From Mustelus asterias (lineage: Eukaryota), in NCBI RefSeq assembly GCF_964213995.1, contig NC_135818.1, forward strand, positions 61,690,001 through 61,754,000: a stretch of 64,000 bases of DNA, given 5' to 3'. The notes beneath the pieces were generated by a model. That model had not been told where the DNA came from, did no database searches, and saw only the letters and a list, made by a program, of their open reading frames with translations. Within the stretch, counting starts at the first letter, position 1. Each line of letters opens with the position of its first letter. Both the position numbers and the translations under genes were made by a program. This document shows positions 12,015 to 24,194 of the stretch, one piece after another.

Positions 12015-13640
12015 TGGACACATATGCCCTCTTAACCACCTTATCTACCTGTCCTTCCATCTTCAGAGATCTATGGACATGCATTCCAAAGTCCCTCTGA
12101 TCCTCTGTACTTCCGAGGTTCTGGCCATTCATACTCCCTTGCTTTGTTAGTCCTTCCAATATGCATTACCTCACACTTTTCAAGATTAAATTCCATTTTC
12201 CACTGTTCTGCCCATCTAATCAACCCATCTGTATCGCTCTGGAAACTAAGGATTTTCTCCTCACAAGTTACCACACCACCAATTTTTGTGCCATCTGCGA
12301 ATTTGCTTATCATACCTCCTACATTCATGTCCAGTTCATTACTGTACACAACAAACAACAAGGACCCAGCATCGATCCCTGAGGATCACCATTGGACTCA
12401 GGCCTCCAGTCACAAAAACAACTTTGGACCATCACCATCTGCCTCCTGCCACTAAGCCAATTTTGGACCCAGTTTGCCAAATTGCCCTGGCTCCCATGGG
12501 CTCTTACCATCTTCATTAGCCTTCCACGTGGGACCTTGTCAAAAGCCTTACTGAAGTCCATGTAGACTACATCAACTGCACCACCCTCATCTACACACCT
12601 AGTCATCTAAAATTTCTAAAACATGATCTTCCATTGACAAAACTACGCTGACTATCCTTGATTGACCCTTGTCTCCCCAAGTGGAGATTCATTCTGCCCC
12701 TCAGAATTTTTTCCAATAGTTTCCCTACCACTGAAGTTTCCACGCTGGCCTGTAACTTCTTGTTTTTCTTGTGCTACCACTTCTTGAGGGCGGCATGGTA
12801 GCACAGTGGTTAGCACTGCTGCTTCACAGCTCCTGGGACCTGGGTTCGATTCCCAGCTTGGGTCACTGTCTGTGTGGAGTTTGCACATTCTCCTTGTGTC
12901 TGCGTGGGTTTCCTCCGGGTGCTCCGGTTTCCTCCCACAGTCCAAAGATGTGCAGGTTAGGTTGATTGGCCATGCTAAAATTGCCGCTTAGTGTCCTGAG
13001 ATGTGTAGGTTAGAGGGATTAGCGGGTAAAATATGTAGGGATATGGGGGTAGGGCCTGGGTGGGATTGTGGTCGGTGCAGACTCGATGGGCCGAATGGCC
13101 TCTTCCTGCACTGTAGGGATTCTATGATTTCCTACTTCCCTTCTTGAGTAATGATACCACATTAGCTGTCCTCCAGTCCTCTGGCTCCTTTCCTGTGGCC
13201 AGAGAATATTTGAACATTATTGTCAGAGCCTTTGCTGCCTCCTCCCTTGCCTCCCACAGCAACCTGGGATACATTTCATCTGGGCCTGGGGTTTTATCTA
13301 CTTTTAGGCTTGTTAAAATCATTAATAGTTCCTCCCTCTCAGTGTTAAGTTGTTTAAGTAAGTTCCAATGCCCCTCTCTGATTTTTATACCTACCTCATC
13401 ATTTTCCATGGTGAACACAGATGCAAAGTAGTTACTTAAAACCTCACCTATGTCTCCCAGCTCCACACACACATTGCTACATTGGTCCCTGATGGGCCCT
13501 CTTCTTTCCCTGGTTATCCCCCTGCCCTTAACATACTTATAAAACACCTTTGGATTCTCCTTTATTTTACCTGCCAGTGTTTTTTCATGACCCCTCTTCA
13601 CTCTCCCAATTTCTTATTTATGTCAACCCCCCTGCACTTT
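12015..13640 (-). mobile_element. CR1 LINE ORF2 (RT) fragment, interrupted by an HE1 SINE
   Basis: KENPKVFYKY..DKTPGPDEMYPRLL..PEDWRTANV; VDVVYMDFSKAFDKVP; ISKFADGTKIGG. Confidence 0.92.
12789..13135 (+). mobile_element. Full-length HE1 SINE with 9-bp TSD
   Basis: Full head, core and CR1-like tail; CTTCTTGAG at 12780-12788 and 13140-13148. Confidence 0.95.
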
Positions 13641-13644
13641 CAAA

Positions 13645-14060
13645 ATGAAGATAGTGATTGAAGATCAGGACTTTATAGGCTGATTATCTCAGCTTGTCTG
13701 AAGATAGCCAAAAAGACCCAATGAAAATATGGACCACAGAACAAGACCAAATACGCATGAAAATCAATTTCTGGATACGTCCGTCTGAATTGATGTCATA
13801 TGGGCAGCAACCGAAAGAGTCAATTGGCCCATTTATCAGTCGCTGCAGGAATTGCAGCTTTTCTGAAGTTGAGTTTTCTGAAAGAATTGCAGGGCTGGTA
13901 ATAACATTGACATCCACTGAAGCGTTTCTAAAGTATTCCTAAAAATGTCAAAAGGTCTCGATATTGAAGCTTTATTAAAAGCCCAATTGTAAATATGAGT
14001 CTGTCCTTGCAGGCTGATAGAGTTTGTCAGCATTAGGTGCAGCTTCAACTATTGGCACAG
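13645..14060 (+). mobile_element. Gypsy LTR-retrotransposon gag remnant
   Basis: KDPMKIW...INFWI...ELMSYGQQPKESIGPFISRCR..FSERIAGLVI..STEAF; homologous to 51430-52350. Confidence 0.65.
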
Positions 14061-14109
14061 GATTGAAGGTGGCAAAAATGGATAAGCTGTGTGGATGGTG
14101 TGGGCCTGT

Positions 14110-15570
14110 CGGGAGAGGGCGATTGGTGGGACTGGCTCTGAATTCGGCTCCCGCCCGGGATTGGTTCCTGACATCAACCTCACGCGGGTTGACCAATTGG
14201 CTGCCAGCCACGGTGTAAAGTGTGCTTGGACAGGTCTTGCACTGTCAGCAGAGCTGGGAAGAGTGCGGGCGGCCGGACCAGTGAAGCTGAGGGCGGGGAC
14301 TTTAAATCGAGCTCCCTGAAGGCCTGGAGTCAGTGCTCAGAGCTTCACGGAGCTGCTTTGGAATGTCATCATTACCCAGAGCCCATGCCAGGCTTGACGG
14401 AAATGTCCAGAGCCAGTCTGCCCCCTGTATTTCGGATGAGTGCCTTAGAGTCTTGCTTGAGGCAGTTAATGGGCGTTGTGACATCCTGCTGCCATAGGAC
14501 AGCAAGACAAGGCCACTTCATGTGATGGAGAAGGAGGTGAAAGGCCTGGGCAGTGGCCATGATGTTGTTTACAGAACCTGGATCCAGTGCAGGACCTTCT
14601 GCGCTCTGCCAGGGTGAACACTGATTCCAGCTGGAACCTTGGATAGATGTCCTTGTGGGTGGCAGCCTTTGTTGGTGCTCATGTGTCTGAAATGCAGACG
14701 GCAATGTGGTACATAATCCTGTGCCTTGATAGATCACAACTGGCAGGTATGTCAGGCTGATGCGCTGCAATGTTGTGGTCAATTGAATCTGCTTCTTTGG
14801 GTGGTGGGGAGGCTGGAATCTCCCGGCATGGTGATGGGGGACTAATGAAAGCACTTCTGTCCCTACAGGAGAAGAGGAGTTACAATGTGCATGAGTGAGG
14901 ACAGACAGGAGGTGGGATCTCAAACCTTCTTCTCCTAAGTCAGGCATAAGAGCAGGCACTGGGAATGGTTTGTGGACATGGAGCCAGGTCCACTGGTTAT
15001 GAAGTGGAAGGGATGTCAGATAAGGGTGAGAATCCAGAAGACAGGGAAGAGTTTGGTGTAGGGCATGAGAGATTTCGGATAGTGATTGTGAGACTGACAA
15101 GTGAAATCCAGTTATCCTTGTTGCTCATCCTTTCAGAGTCCTTGCTCAGCCAGATGTCCATTGTGAACAGCAGCCAGACGGCGCGCACTCTGACTTTGTA
15201 ACAATGTGCGATGCTGACATTTGTACTTCCTCCCTCAAATTCCACATCATTATGACCTCAAAAGAACCCCTAGAACCCACTCTTAACCTCCGAGAATGGA
15301 CAGCTGTCGGGACACCCACATCACATCTTCCCTCTACATGCACCAGCGCAAATACAGGCATGGCAGTGGGCATATACGTGTCGGAGTAGATGGCAGTGCA
15401 CAGTGGTGAAGGCACATCACACTCGCCTAAGAAGCCAGCGAAGGCAGAGAGTCCCCAGGGCACCGGCAATCAGAGGATTGCTGGGAACCAGAAGGATGCT
15501 GAGTCCGAGTCAGGCGATCAGCCTTTGGCGTCATCCAGTACGCGGCGGATGCTGGATTCCAATGGAATGT
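14110..15570 (+). mobile_element. Decayed Harbinger/PIF element with Myb/SANT-like remnant
   Basis: ~14420-14600 gives APCISDECLRVLLEAVNGRCDILLP*DS...RTWIQCR, matching the MSANT pattern; many stops. Confidence 0.55.
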
Positions 15571-15696
15571 GCAAAAGACACAAGGTTGTAAATGTAACGG
15601 CTTGGACCCAGCCGAAGGAATTGTTTACAGACTTTTGTTGCCAGTGTTTCCTTGTATGGACATTGGAATGTCAGCTTTAGGCAATAAGGCCTAAAA

Positions 15697-15878
15697 ACCA
15701 TGATGGGGTCTGGAAGGTCCCGAGCCTCTGTACTGGCTCTATTTGATTGACCTAATCGAACGATGCAATCGAGTTTCTGATCAATTCATTGGCCGGCTGC
15801 CAAGGAACGTTTGGGGTCTAAGGATGCTAACACCAAGGGCTTGTGTGCAGAGTGAAGAACTTGGGACCAAACTCACAG
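15697..15878 (+). repeat. Direct repeat copy 1 (~182 bp; partner 19641-19822)
   Basis: 3 substitutions and no indels versus copy 2 by manual alignment. Confidence 0.95.
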
Positions 15879-16244
15879 GAAGAAGAGGCAACATCTGAGA
15901 GAAAGAAGTAGAGAAGGCTGATATCCATGTGGCAAAATCCTGGCCAAGGTTTCATATGCAAGTGGAAATCAACCTTAAGTTAAATAAAGTAACAGACAGT
16001 GAGTATTTGGTTTAAGCATTGCAAGGATTGACTATGCAGCTATGTTTAATTAGCTACAAAAATAAAGGAAACTGTGTTTAAGTATTTAAAGTTGACTTTG
16101 TGTCTTTATTCGCTTGGAGAGGTTAAAACACACAAAAAAGTTTGGACAACAAGGGTCTCTCCAATGGAAAAGACCCATCACAGATTAAACCTACCCCCTC
16201 TCCACAATCTCCCAATCACCAATCTCTTCGTGGGGCGAGGAGGT

Positions 16245-16728
16245 TAAACAATTGCAGACACCACTTTAGGTCTTCCATATCTGCATGGTTTGTACTCAAA
16301 TTTGCTTGGATGTGGATGAATGCTGTTGATTGAATATATTGAACTGTAAAAGTTGCAGTGGCGCATATTCCCCTCAATTTCTTTTACTATTAAAAGCAAA
16401 GTCTGCAAGATGTGCTGCCTCCATTAGAAGGTGTAAGTTGATGTTGCGTTCCTCCTCCATCTTGCCAATCACAACAATATCATCGGCAATGCAGATACAT
16501 CGTGTCTCCATTGATTCAGTCTATACGCCATTGGAACAAGTCCTGGCTGCTTGATAATCCAAAAGGCAATCTTTAAAACCAACACCTTCCAAAAGGTGTC
16601 CAGAATGCTGTCAACTCCAGTGAGTCTTCTGCCAGATGGACAGAACTGAAACTGCTTTTAACATCCAAATCGAAGAAAGATTTCACATCTACCAATCTTG
16701 AATTCAGCTTCTCGAACATTGGAATCTT
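16245..16728 (-). mobile_element. Gypsy pol reverse transcriptase remnant (3' part)
   Basis: KIPMFEKLNSRL..DLDVK..ELTAFWTPFGR..RLPFGLSSSQDLFQ..CIADDIVVIG. Confidence 0.85.
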
Positions 16729-17869
16729 GGCCGCGGTTCTCCCAAAAGTGCTGAATTGGTGGGAGAACTGTTCTAAATCCCGACTGTTCTGTCAGTTCAG
16801 CTTCTCACCTGAATCTCCGCACTCTGTGCACTGAAGAGGTCCCAGTCATGAATCTCATCAAAAACCTGGGGGTGGGGTGGGTAGCTATTGGCGCCAGAGT
16901 TTGACAGTTCTGGAGCTCTGCACATGCGCAGTGGTCCCGATCTGTCAGACTCCCTGTTTGCTGGCCAGCTCAATCGCTGGCCAGCCCGGGACACCCGCAG
17001 TGCTGCCCCTGCAGCACTCCCCCTTCCCCCCCCCACGGCCCGATCATAGTCTCCACAGCAATTCCCGGGCCAGCCCTGACACCCGCCCCCCCCCCCCCCC
17101 CCCCCCCCAGAGCCCCCTGATGTCCAGCCCCCCGCACCCAGCAATAGCAATCCCCCCACCCCCCCTCACCCTGGCAGACCCCCCCTCCCCACTGACCCCC
17201 CACCCCGGGGTCAGATGCCCCCCCCGAGAGGCAGGCCCTTCCCCCCAGCAGACCCCCACCCCCAGCCCCAGCCTGCCCCAATCGTTGCCCTCCCTCCAAC
17301 CCAGACCGATCACCATGCAGATTGGCAGCAGGACCCCCCACTCCCACCGATTGCACCTTGGCACTTCCCAATGCCTGATGGGCAGTGCCAAGGTGCGCTC
17401 TGGGCATGGGCACTTTGCCCCTTGGGCAGTGCCTGGGGCACAGGCTGGCACTGCCAGGAAGCCCATGCCCAGGGGCATCACTCTCCCCCCGCTGCCCGAC
17501 CCCCCCTGGGGGCCCCGATTGACCCCCTTCATTCCGGCGGTGTCTCTCACTAGTTCCCCGAATGTGGGGAGTTACTCTAAACCCCGCCGGAATTAAGTAC
17601 TCTTGGCAGGGTGGGAGATTCGATCGGGACCAGTAGGTTCCCAATAATTACATTTAAAATACAGTTAAAACATATTTTAAAAAGATTTAAATGACTTACC
17701 TGCCTTCCCGCCGGTTTCCAGCGTGGTCTGACCGGCGACTGTTCTCCGGCTCTGGGAGATGTGCATGTGTTTCCGGCGCATGTGCAAATCCCGGAAAAAG
17801 GCCGGCGGCGCACATCTCCCACGCCGACCTGCCAGAAAAGTTGTGGGTCGGAATGGGAGGTTTGCGGCC
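16729..17869. mobile_element. GC-rich non-autonomous TIR element (Harbinger-like), 3-bp TSD CTT
   Basis: Termini 'ggccgcggttctccca' and 'tgggaggtttgcggcc'; CTT on both sides; removing it restores the Gypsy RT sequence. Confidence 0.75.
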
Positions 17870-17904
17870 CTTGTGCGTGCATTTTATATTACAGACCTAT
17901 ATAA

Positions 17905-18216
17905 AATCATAGAAAACCTACAGTGCAGAAGGAGGCCATTCGGTCTTTTGAGTCTGCACCGATAACAATCCCACCTAGGCCCCAGCCCTGTAACCCCATG
18001 TATTTACGCCATAAGGGGCAATTTAGCACAGCCAATGCACCTAACCCGCACATCTTTGGAGTGTGGGAGGAAACTGGAACACCCAGAGGAAACCCACGCA
18101 GACACGGGGAGAACATGCAAACTCCACACAGACAGAGCGACCCAAGCTGGGAATCGAACCCAGGTCTCTGGAGCTGTGAGGCAGCAGTGCTAACCACTGT
18201 ACCACCGTGCCGCCCA
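17905..18216 (-). mobile_element. HE1 SINE
   Basis: Full head, core and tail on - strand. Confidence 0.95.
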
Positions 18217-18220
18217 TGAA

Positions 18221-19090
18221 CATCTTTTCAATGTTCAGTTAAGAAGTCTCAGGTCTCGACATGCCCTAATGATTCTGTCCTTCTTTACCACACACGTAAT
18301 CGAACTGCACCAGTCCGTCTGCTGTTGGACTTTGTGGATAACACCACGCTGCTCCATTTTGTCTTCTTTGACTTTTAATTTCTCTCGGATATCAAAGTTG
18401 CATTTTCTCTGAGTTTTATTCACAGAATTGCATCCTATTCTTATCCCTTTAAAAGTACCAATTGTATCGGCCAAGTATTTAGATTGCAAGTCGAGAACTG
18501 ATTTAGTGGGGCTGTTCCTGATGTCTGGCATTTCCACCGGCACTTTGATGATCCCATGAATAGTAATGAGCTGAAGGTCTTTGGATGCTGGTTGGCCTGT
18601 TATAGCTGAACCTTGTGTACCAACGAGATAAAAGGCCTGTGACAACCCTGCTGATTGATTGTAAATGCATTTCAGTGTTATCACGCGAATGCAATGAATC
18701 ACCAGTCCATTTTCTGCAGTTCAATTGGCTGTGGTCAGTTGTACCATTGCCTTCCAATGTCGGAGGTACATATACTTGAGTATGCTGAGGGAAAGGATAT
18801 TGGCACATGTCCCAGTATCAGTTTTGGACCTCAATTTCCAATCTTCCTCGGACACAGAACATTAAATGGTTGCAAATACATCCAGTGGTGTGATTGTAAT
18901 TATGAACCTGGCAATGATTACAATGGCAAAATGCTTTCTCACTCTACTTTGTAAGAACTTGGTCACCTTCATTTTCCATTCTGTCCACTTGTTCCGTCAC
19001 TTGTTCGCTTCTATGCTTGGCAAGCTCTCTGTTGCTGTTAGTGCGCTGCATAGACTATGTCTAGTTGTGACTTCTTGCCACAAGTTCTGA
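18221..19090 (-). mobile_element. Gypsy protease-RT remnant (5' part of the element at 16245)
   Basis: KTDTGTCANIL (protease DTG motif); KMEQRGVIHKVQQQTDWCSSITCVVKKDRIIRACRDLRLLN. Confidence 0.85.
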
Positions 19091-19640
19091 ACGAGATTTC
19101 TTACGTTGACATGTCTAATGCCCTTTAATGCCACATGCCAGACAATGATCCTTGGCGGCTGTCCTCTGGTCACCGGAGCCAGTGTAGGTCCGGTCTGGGT
19201 GGGAGAGTCCAGCCTCTTGGCTGGGTACTCTTCAGTCATCGCAGTCTCATTCAATGTGGTGGTCACTGGCAGCGGGGTAGAGGAGATGCTGCCATCAGCA
19301 AGGGCACCTGAGCGGATTCCCCAGATGTGAGCTACTGCTGGAGGGCCAACATGAGGGTTGGTTTGAACCTCCCTGCTCACCATTGATGGACAGGCAGCTA
19401 TCAGAGTGACTAGGGGCCTCATCCATCTCTCATGTTGGCAGTGACAAGCTGAGGTCACTGTCATTGTGTGGGCTTGCAGGTCTGAGAGCAAGCTCAGAAA
19501 GCCCTGATGGAGTTCCAGGAACTGCCTCTCTATGAGAGTCACTGCTCTCTCTATGGAGGCGGCTGTGCATTCAGAGTTCTGGGCTCATGCATGGCATCAC
19601 TTGGCCACAGGAAATCCCAGAATACTTAAAAACAAATTTG

Positions 19641-19822
19641 ACCAAGATGGGGTCTGGAAGGTCTCGAGCCTCTGTACTGGCTCTATTTGATTGACCTAAT
19701 CGAACGATGCAATCGAGTTTCTGATCAATTCATTGGCCGGCTGCCAAGGAACGTTTGGGGTCTAAGGATGCTAACACCAAGGGCTTGTGTGCAGTGTGAA
19801 GAACTTGGGACCAAACTCACAG
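19641..19822 (+). repeat. Direct repeat copy 2
   Basis: See 15697-15878. Confidence 0.95.
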
Positions 19823-19930
19823 AATCAGATTTGCCTGATTGAAGATCTTCCAGCATATTAAAAGTTAAATCTCTGCAGGCCACGCCGCCACACCCTCCAT
19901 TGAACACAGATGCTGCCAGACCTGCTGAGT

Positions 19931-20705
19931 ACGACGGAGTACAGGAAAGAGATAGAGAATCTGGTGAACTGCTACAATGACAAAAATCTCTCCCTCAATG
20001 TCAGTAAAACAAAGGAGATAGTCATTTACTTTAGTAAGCGTAGGGGAGGACATGTCCCTGTCTACATCAACGGGGATGAAGTAGAAATGGTTGAGACCTT
20101 CAAGTTCCTAGGTGTCTTGGTCCATCCACGCCGACGCTATAATTAAGAATGCCCACCAATGCCTCTACTTTCTCAGGCGGCTAAGGAATTTTGGCACATC
20201 TGCTACGGCTCTCACCAACTTTTACAGATGTACCATAGAAACCATCCTTTCTATTTGTATCACAGCTTGGTTATGGCTCCTGCTCTGTCCAAGACTGCAA
20301 GAAACTACAAAGAGTCGTGAACGAAGCCCAGTCCATCATGCAAAGCAACCTCCCATCCATTGACTCCGTCTACACTTCCTACTGCCTTGGAAAAGCAGCC
20401 AGCATAATCAAGGACCCCTCGGACATACTCTCTTACACCTTCTTCCGTTGGGAAAAAGATACCATAGTCTGAGGTCACGCACCAACCGACTCAAGAACAG
20501 CTTCTTCCCTGCTGCCATCAGACTTTTGAATGGACTTACCTTATATTAAGTTATCTTTCTCTACACCCTAGCTATGACTGTAACATTACATTCTGCACCC
20601 TCTCCATTCCTTCTCTATGTACGGTATGCTTCATCTGTTCAACACACAAGAAACAATACTTTTCACTGCAAACTAATACATGTGACAATAATAAGTCAAA
20701 TCAAA
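19931..20705 (+). mobile_element. Rex1/Babar-type LINE 3' fragment inserted into a PLE 3' end
   Basis: EYRKEIENLVN..NLSLNVSKTKEIVIYF..; splits 'cagacctgctgagta|tctccagca'. Confidence 0.9.
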
Positions 20706-21559
20706 TATCTCCAGCACATTTTTCTTTTGCCTTTAATACAGATTTCCAGCATCCTCAACATTTTGCCTTTGCACATCTCTCCCTCTCTGCCTTTCCGTTG
20801 CATTTCCATGTTCGGTTCATCAACCATGGTGTCCTTTGCCGTTGTCTTCTCATTGTCATTGTCACCTGCCAGAGAAACTGAAAAACATTGTCAAGGGACT
20901 TAATTTTAAAAAGCAGCCAGGAGCACTTACCTTTCAAGGGCCGGTATCAGTCAGGAAAACATGAAAAATAAATTAATGAAAATCTTCAGGCACCTTTTAA
21001 TGTTGGGAGGTTTGGCATTATCAGGAGTGTGCAGAGCACTCACTTACCTTCCTACTGGAACCCCAGGGCTGGGAGACAATGATTCTGCAGCAGTTCCTTC
21101 CACTCTGCCTCCTGTTGCCTCGACATCCCATCGATTAGCCTCCCCGCACCTCTTGCCACCTGAGCACTCTAATTATTTGCCTCCACATGTGCCTGAAATC
21201 CGAATTTTGTATTTGAGTGACAGTATGGGATTTCAGTGACCTTCTTCCCGTTACTGTCACATTGTATTGGGAATTCTGAGCTTCAAGTCTAGATTCCTCC
21301 CTCAGGGTCTACATTTTAATTATAAATCGCCATGTGCCTATTAATGTATCAGGTTTGACTTGTGATTCATTCAGCATTACGTCTGAAGTTTTTTAACCTT
21401 TGATTACTCATGTGGAGATGATGAACAACATGTTACCATTGGTGCTAAATACCAGATCGAAAAATATTACTCAAATGCTAAAACCATTTCACACTTAACT
21501 TTCATTTTTACACGCTCAGGAGGCCTGAATTTCCTGAATTTATTGATAGTTGGATTAAG

Positions 21560-22190
21560 CAAAGCCAATATTATGAAATGTGCCCACAAAGATGCTTTCC
21601 AAATAAAAGCTTTCGACAGACAAAACGACAGAACAGTGGTGGGAAATATTTACAATGATAATCACAAGGGTTCCGGAAAAATACTTAAAAAACAAGCACA
21701 AACTAACCAATGATGAAATGCCATTAATGAATAATGAAATAAGGGTAAAATACAAACTGAAGCGAAAGTTAAACATTAAATACATAGGTAACAAAGGAAT
21801 GCTGAGAGGTTAGGAAAGAAGTAAAACAAAATGATTTGGAAAGAAAAAAAAGACCTGCAGAATTAAATGATACAGGAAAATACAAAGAAGTAGTCAGTAT
21901 TCTGTGGACACATAGGTAACAATGGAAAAGTCAGGATGGACAAAATAAACTTTCAGGTAATAGCAGTGAAATGGGTCCAGGGAAACTAACAAGGTGGATG
22001 TAACTTTAGAAGAAAAGTTTAATAAAGGCATTTAGAATGGAAAGAGGACAGATGATTGATAAACTAATCAAACTTAGGAAGGGTAACATGTCTGTATCAG
22101 ATTGACTATATCTGTACATATCTGAAAAGTTAAGGATATCTCAGTTGAGGTGGGATAGGAAGTGAATACCTATCTGTCAGTCTAGCTATT
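21560..22190 (+). mobile_element. Old CR1 ORF2 remnant
   Basis: A-rich; TEQWWEIF...PEKYL..; heavily decayed. Confidence 0.4.
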
Positions 22191-22443
22191 TTATAAAATA
22201 ATGTTTCCTATCTGATTTTCAAACTGGACAATTGCTGGGCTGACAAGATGGCTCCAGTTGGTCAACTGCTGGCTTCTGGATGTTACTGAGCAGTTCAACA
22301 GAACTCAAACACCCTGGAATATAACACTCCTTGCATTGAACAAACATTCCAGCCATTCCAACACAATGGATTCGCAGAGATGTTGGACCCAGCCAGCTAT
22401 GGACAAAGGCAACTGTTTGCAACTCCTGGTCTCCAATATGTTT

Positions 22444-22579
22444 CTAAGTGTTACCTGTACCTAAGTGTTACCTGTTCCTAAGTGTTACCTGTACCTAAGC
22501 GTTACCTGTTCCTAAGTGCTACCTGTACCTAAATGTTACCTGTTCCTAACTGTTACCTGTACCTAAGTGTTACCTGTTC
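22444..22579. repeat. Minisatellite, 8 x 17 bp with a 34-bp higher-order period
   Basis: Unit CTAAGTGTTACCTGT(A/T)C, with A and T strictly alternating. Confidence 0.95.
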
Positions 22580-22971
22580 AAACACACAATGGCTTTCAAC
22601 CAGGAGCCTTGTTTAACAACCAGAAACCAGTGTCACATGACCGAGACCTGAGCTGTCTGACTTCCGTTAAATAACCAGCTGTTGGAAGTTACACAGGCAG
22701 CCATTGCTTTAACCTCCAAAGAGAAACAGTAGCTCCAGGCAAGCAGTCTGTGCTGTCTACCATCAAGCAGGTGATAGCAGAGAGAACTCTGGCCCTCATC
22801 AAAACTGAAATACCGGAACAATGGAACTTGGGCCTTCAAGTCTAACTCAACTCAATGTGGCTTCTCGCTGGTGGAAGTCTTGCTTCTGAGAAGATGGATC
22901 ACTCTGCGACAGTCACCCTCCCCTCTGAAGAAACATTCCATTAGACTCTTGATTCTGGACTCTGGACACTT

Positions 22972-23118
22972 AGGGTGGAATTTTCCCATCCCATCCACCA
23001 TGGGAATCATAGTGGGGTGGGGGTGGGGGTGGGGGGGGGAGGTGGACTATGCAAAGGTCCATTGACCTCGGGTGGGAATTTCCGGCCTTCAGGCGAGTAC
23101 GGTCAGAAAATCCTGCCT
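22972..23118. mobile_element. MITE (same family as 9204), with an expanded G-rich tract
   Basis: Core 'ccattgacctcgggtggga'; end 'gaaaatcctgcc'. Confidence 0.7.
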
Positions 23119-24157
23119 ATAAAACCCTAACCTGTATGTTGTTGTGGTCTGGCCCTCAACGTCCTTCCTATCCCTTGTCCCTCATTGTATTGGATGAGTG
23201 CAAAGGGCTTTCATTGCAAAAACTCTCTCTGTGGTTTTGTGTGTGTGAAAAAAAACCAACCCCTCTTATTTTGTTGTTGAGGATTAACCAGCCAATGCAC
23301 GGTGAGTACTCAAATCTCCTGAGCTTTTATTACTTGCTAGCAAGGAGAACAGACACATTGAATTTCACTATGATGTTCTGTTGATTCATACAGATACTTA
23401 ACAGTTATACTTAATTACAGCAAATGAGAAACGAGCAAATTTCGAATCTTCCATTTACATACATAGTCCTCCAATCATAGCATAGCTTTTTGCTCTTTCT
23501 TATCCAATAAAAAAAACATCTCCTTCATTACCATAATATGTCAACATATCTTGTTTTTGGTATTTGTCATGGTAACTTGTCTTTGTTTCATCCTGTGGTC
23601 AAGACCAGGAATGCAGTGTTCATGAAACGGACACAAGGTTAGATTAGTCTCTTTCCTGAATGTGCAACTGCTGACTTCAATGAGGCCTTGTTTCCATATT
23701 TGCTGACAGAGTTGCCTGCCCTTGTTGTTGTAACTTATTTCCACACCAGCATCTGCAGTTTTTAACTGTTTTTAACTATAGTTTCACATGACCCAGCAAC
23801 CCCCTGGTGCTTTATTTGAAGAGAGCACCCTTAATCTTGCAGAACAAAGTGAATTAAATATTTGGCCATAGTTGGAATTACAACTTAATTTCCACATTAT
23901 CTTAGCTCGGGTTTGCTGTGCAGGTTACTCTTAGAGGATTGGAATGGGGTGGGGAAAATACATCAACACTTGTAAAGGGGGAAATCAAACATTAAAACAA
24001 AATACTTTTCTGTTTATGGAGATCGGGACTATTTAAATTACTTCCCCCCCCGCCTGTCCATAACAAGGATGAGAAAACATTCATGTCATAATGTATATAC
24101 AGTAAGAAGTCTCACAACACCAGGTTAAAGTCCAACAGGTTTATTTGGTAGCAAATA

Positions 24158-24194
24158 CCATAAGCTTTCGGAGCAATGCTCCTTCGTCAGATGG
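24158..24194 (-). ncRNA. Minimal type I hammerhead ribozyme motif
   Basis: CCAT-CTGACGA-A-GGAGC-ATT-GCTCC-GAAA-GCTT-ATGG. Confidence 0.75.

Noticed and set aside
12771-12991. Recurring MVSTAASQ.../VAQWLALL... ORFs as a gene family, or SINE heads as tRNA genes
   Set aside because: They are translations of HE1 SINE copies; the tRNA-like heads are not complete cloverleaves
13694-13942. Host exon candidate
   Set aside because: Matches the Gypsy gag remnant also seen at 51.4-52.3 kb
14372-15100. 242-aa minus-strand ORF
   Set aside because: Antisense shadow of a decayed Harbinger Myb/SANT region
16797-17644. Long Pro/Gly-rich ORFs on both strands
   Set aside because: By-product of GC-rich, stop-poor sequence inside a TIR element
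15701-19821. Intact LTR retrotransposon defined by the 182-bp repeats
   Set aside because: No TSD, PBS or PPT; copy 2 lacks the TG start; the interior is a mosaic much older than the repeats. Kept only as an unexplained finding
20961-21239. 92-aa ORF resembling a signal-peptide protein
   Set aside because: No supporting structure; the context resembles decayed DNA-transposon sequence
22444-22579. CRISPR-like array
   Set aside because: Contiguous tandem units with no unique spacers, in a eukaryotic context with no cas genes
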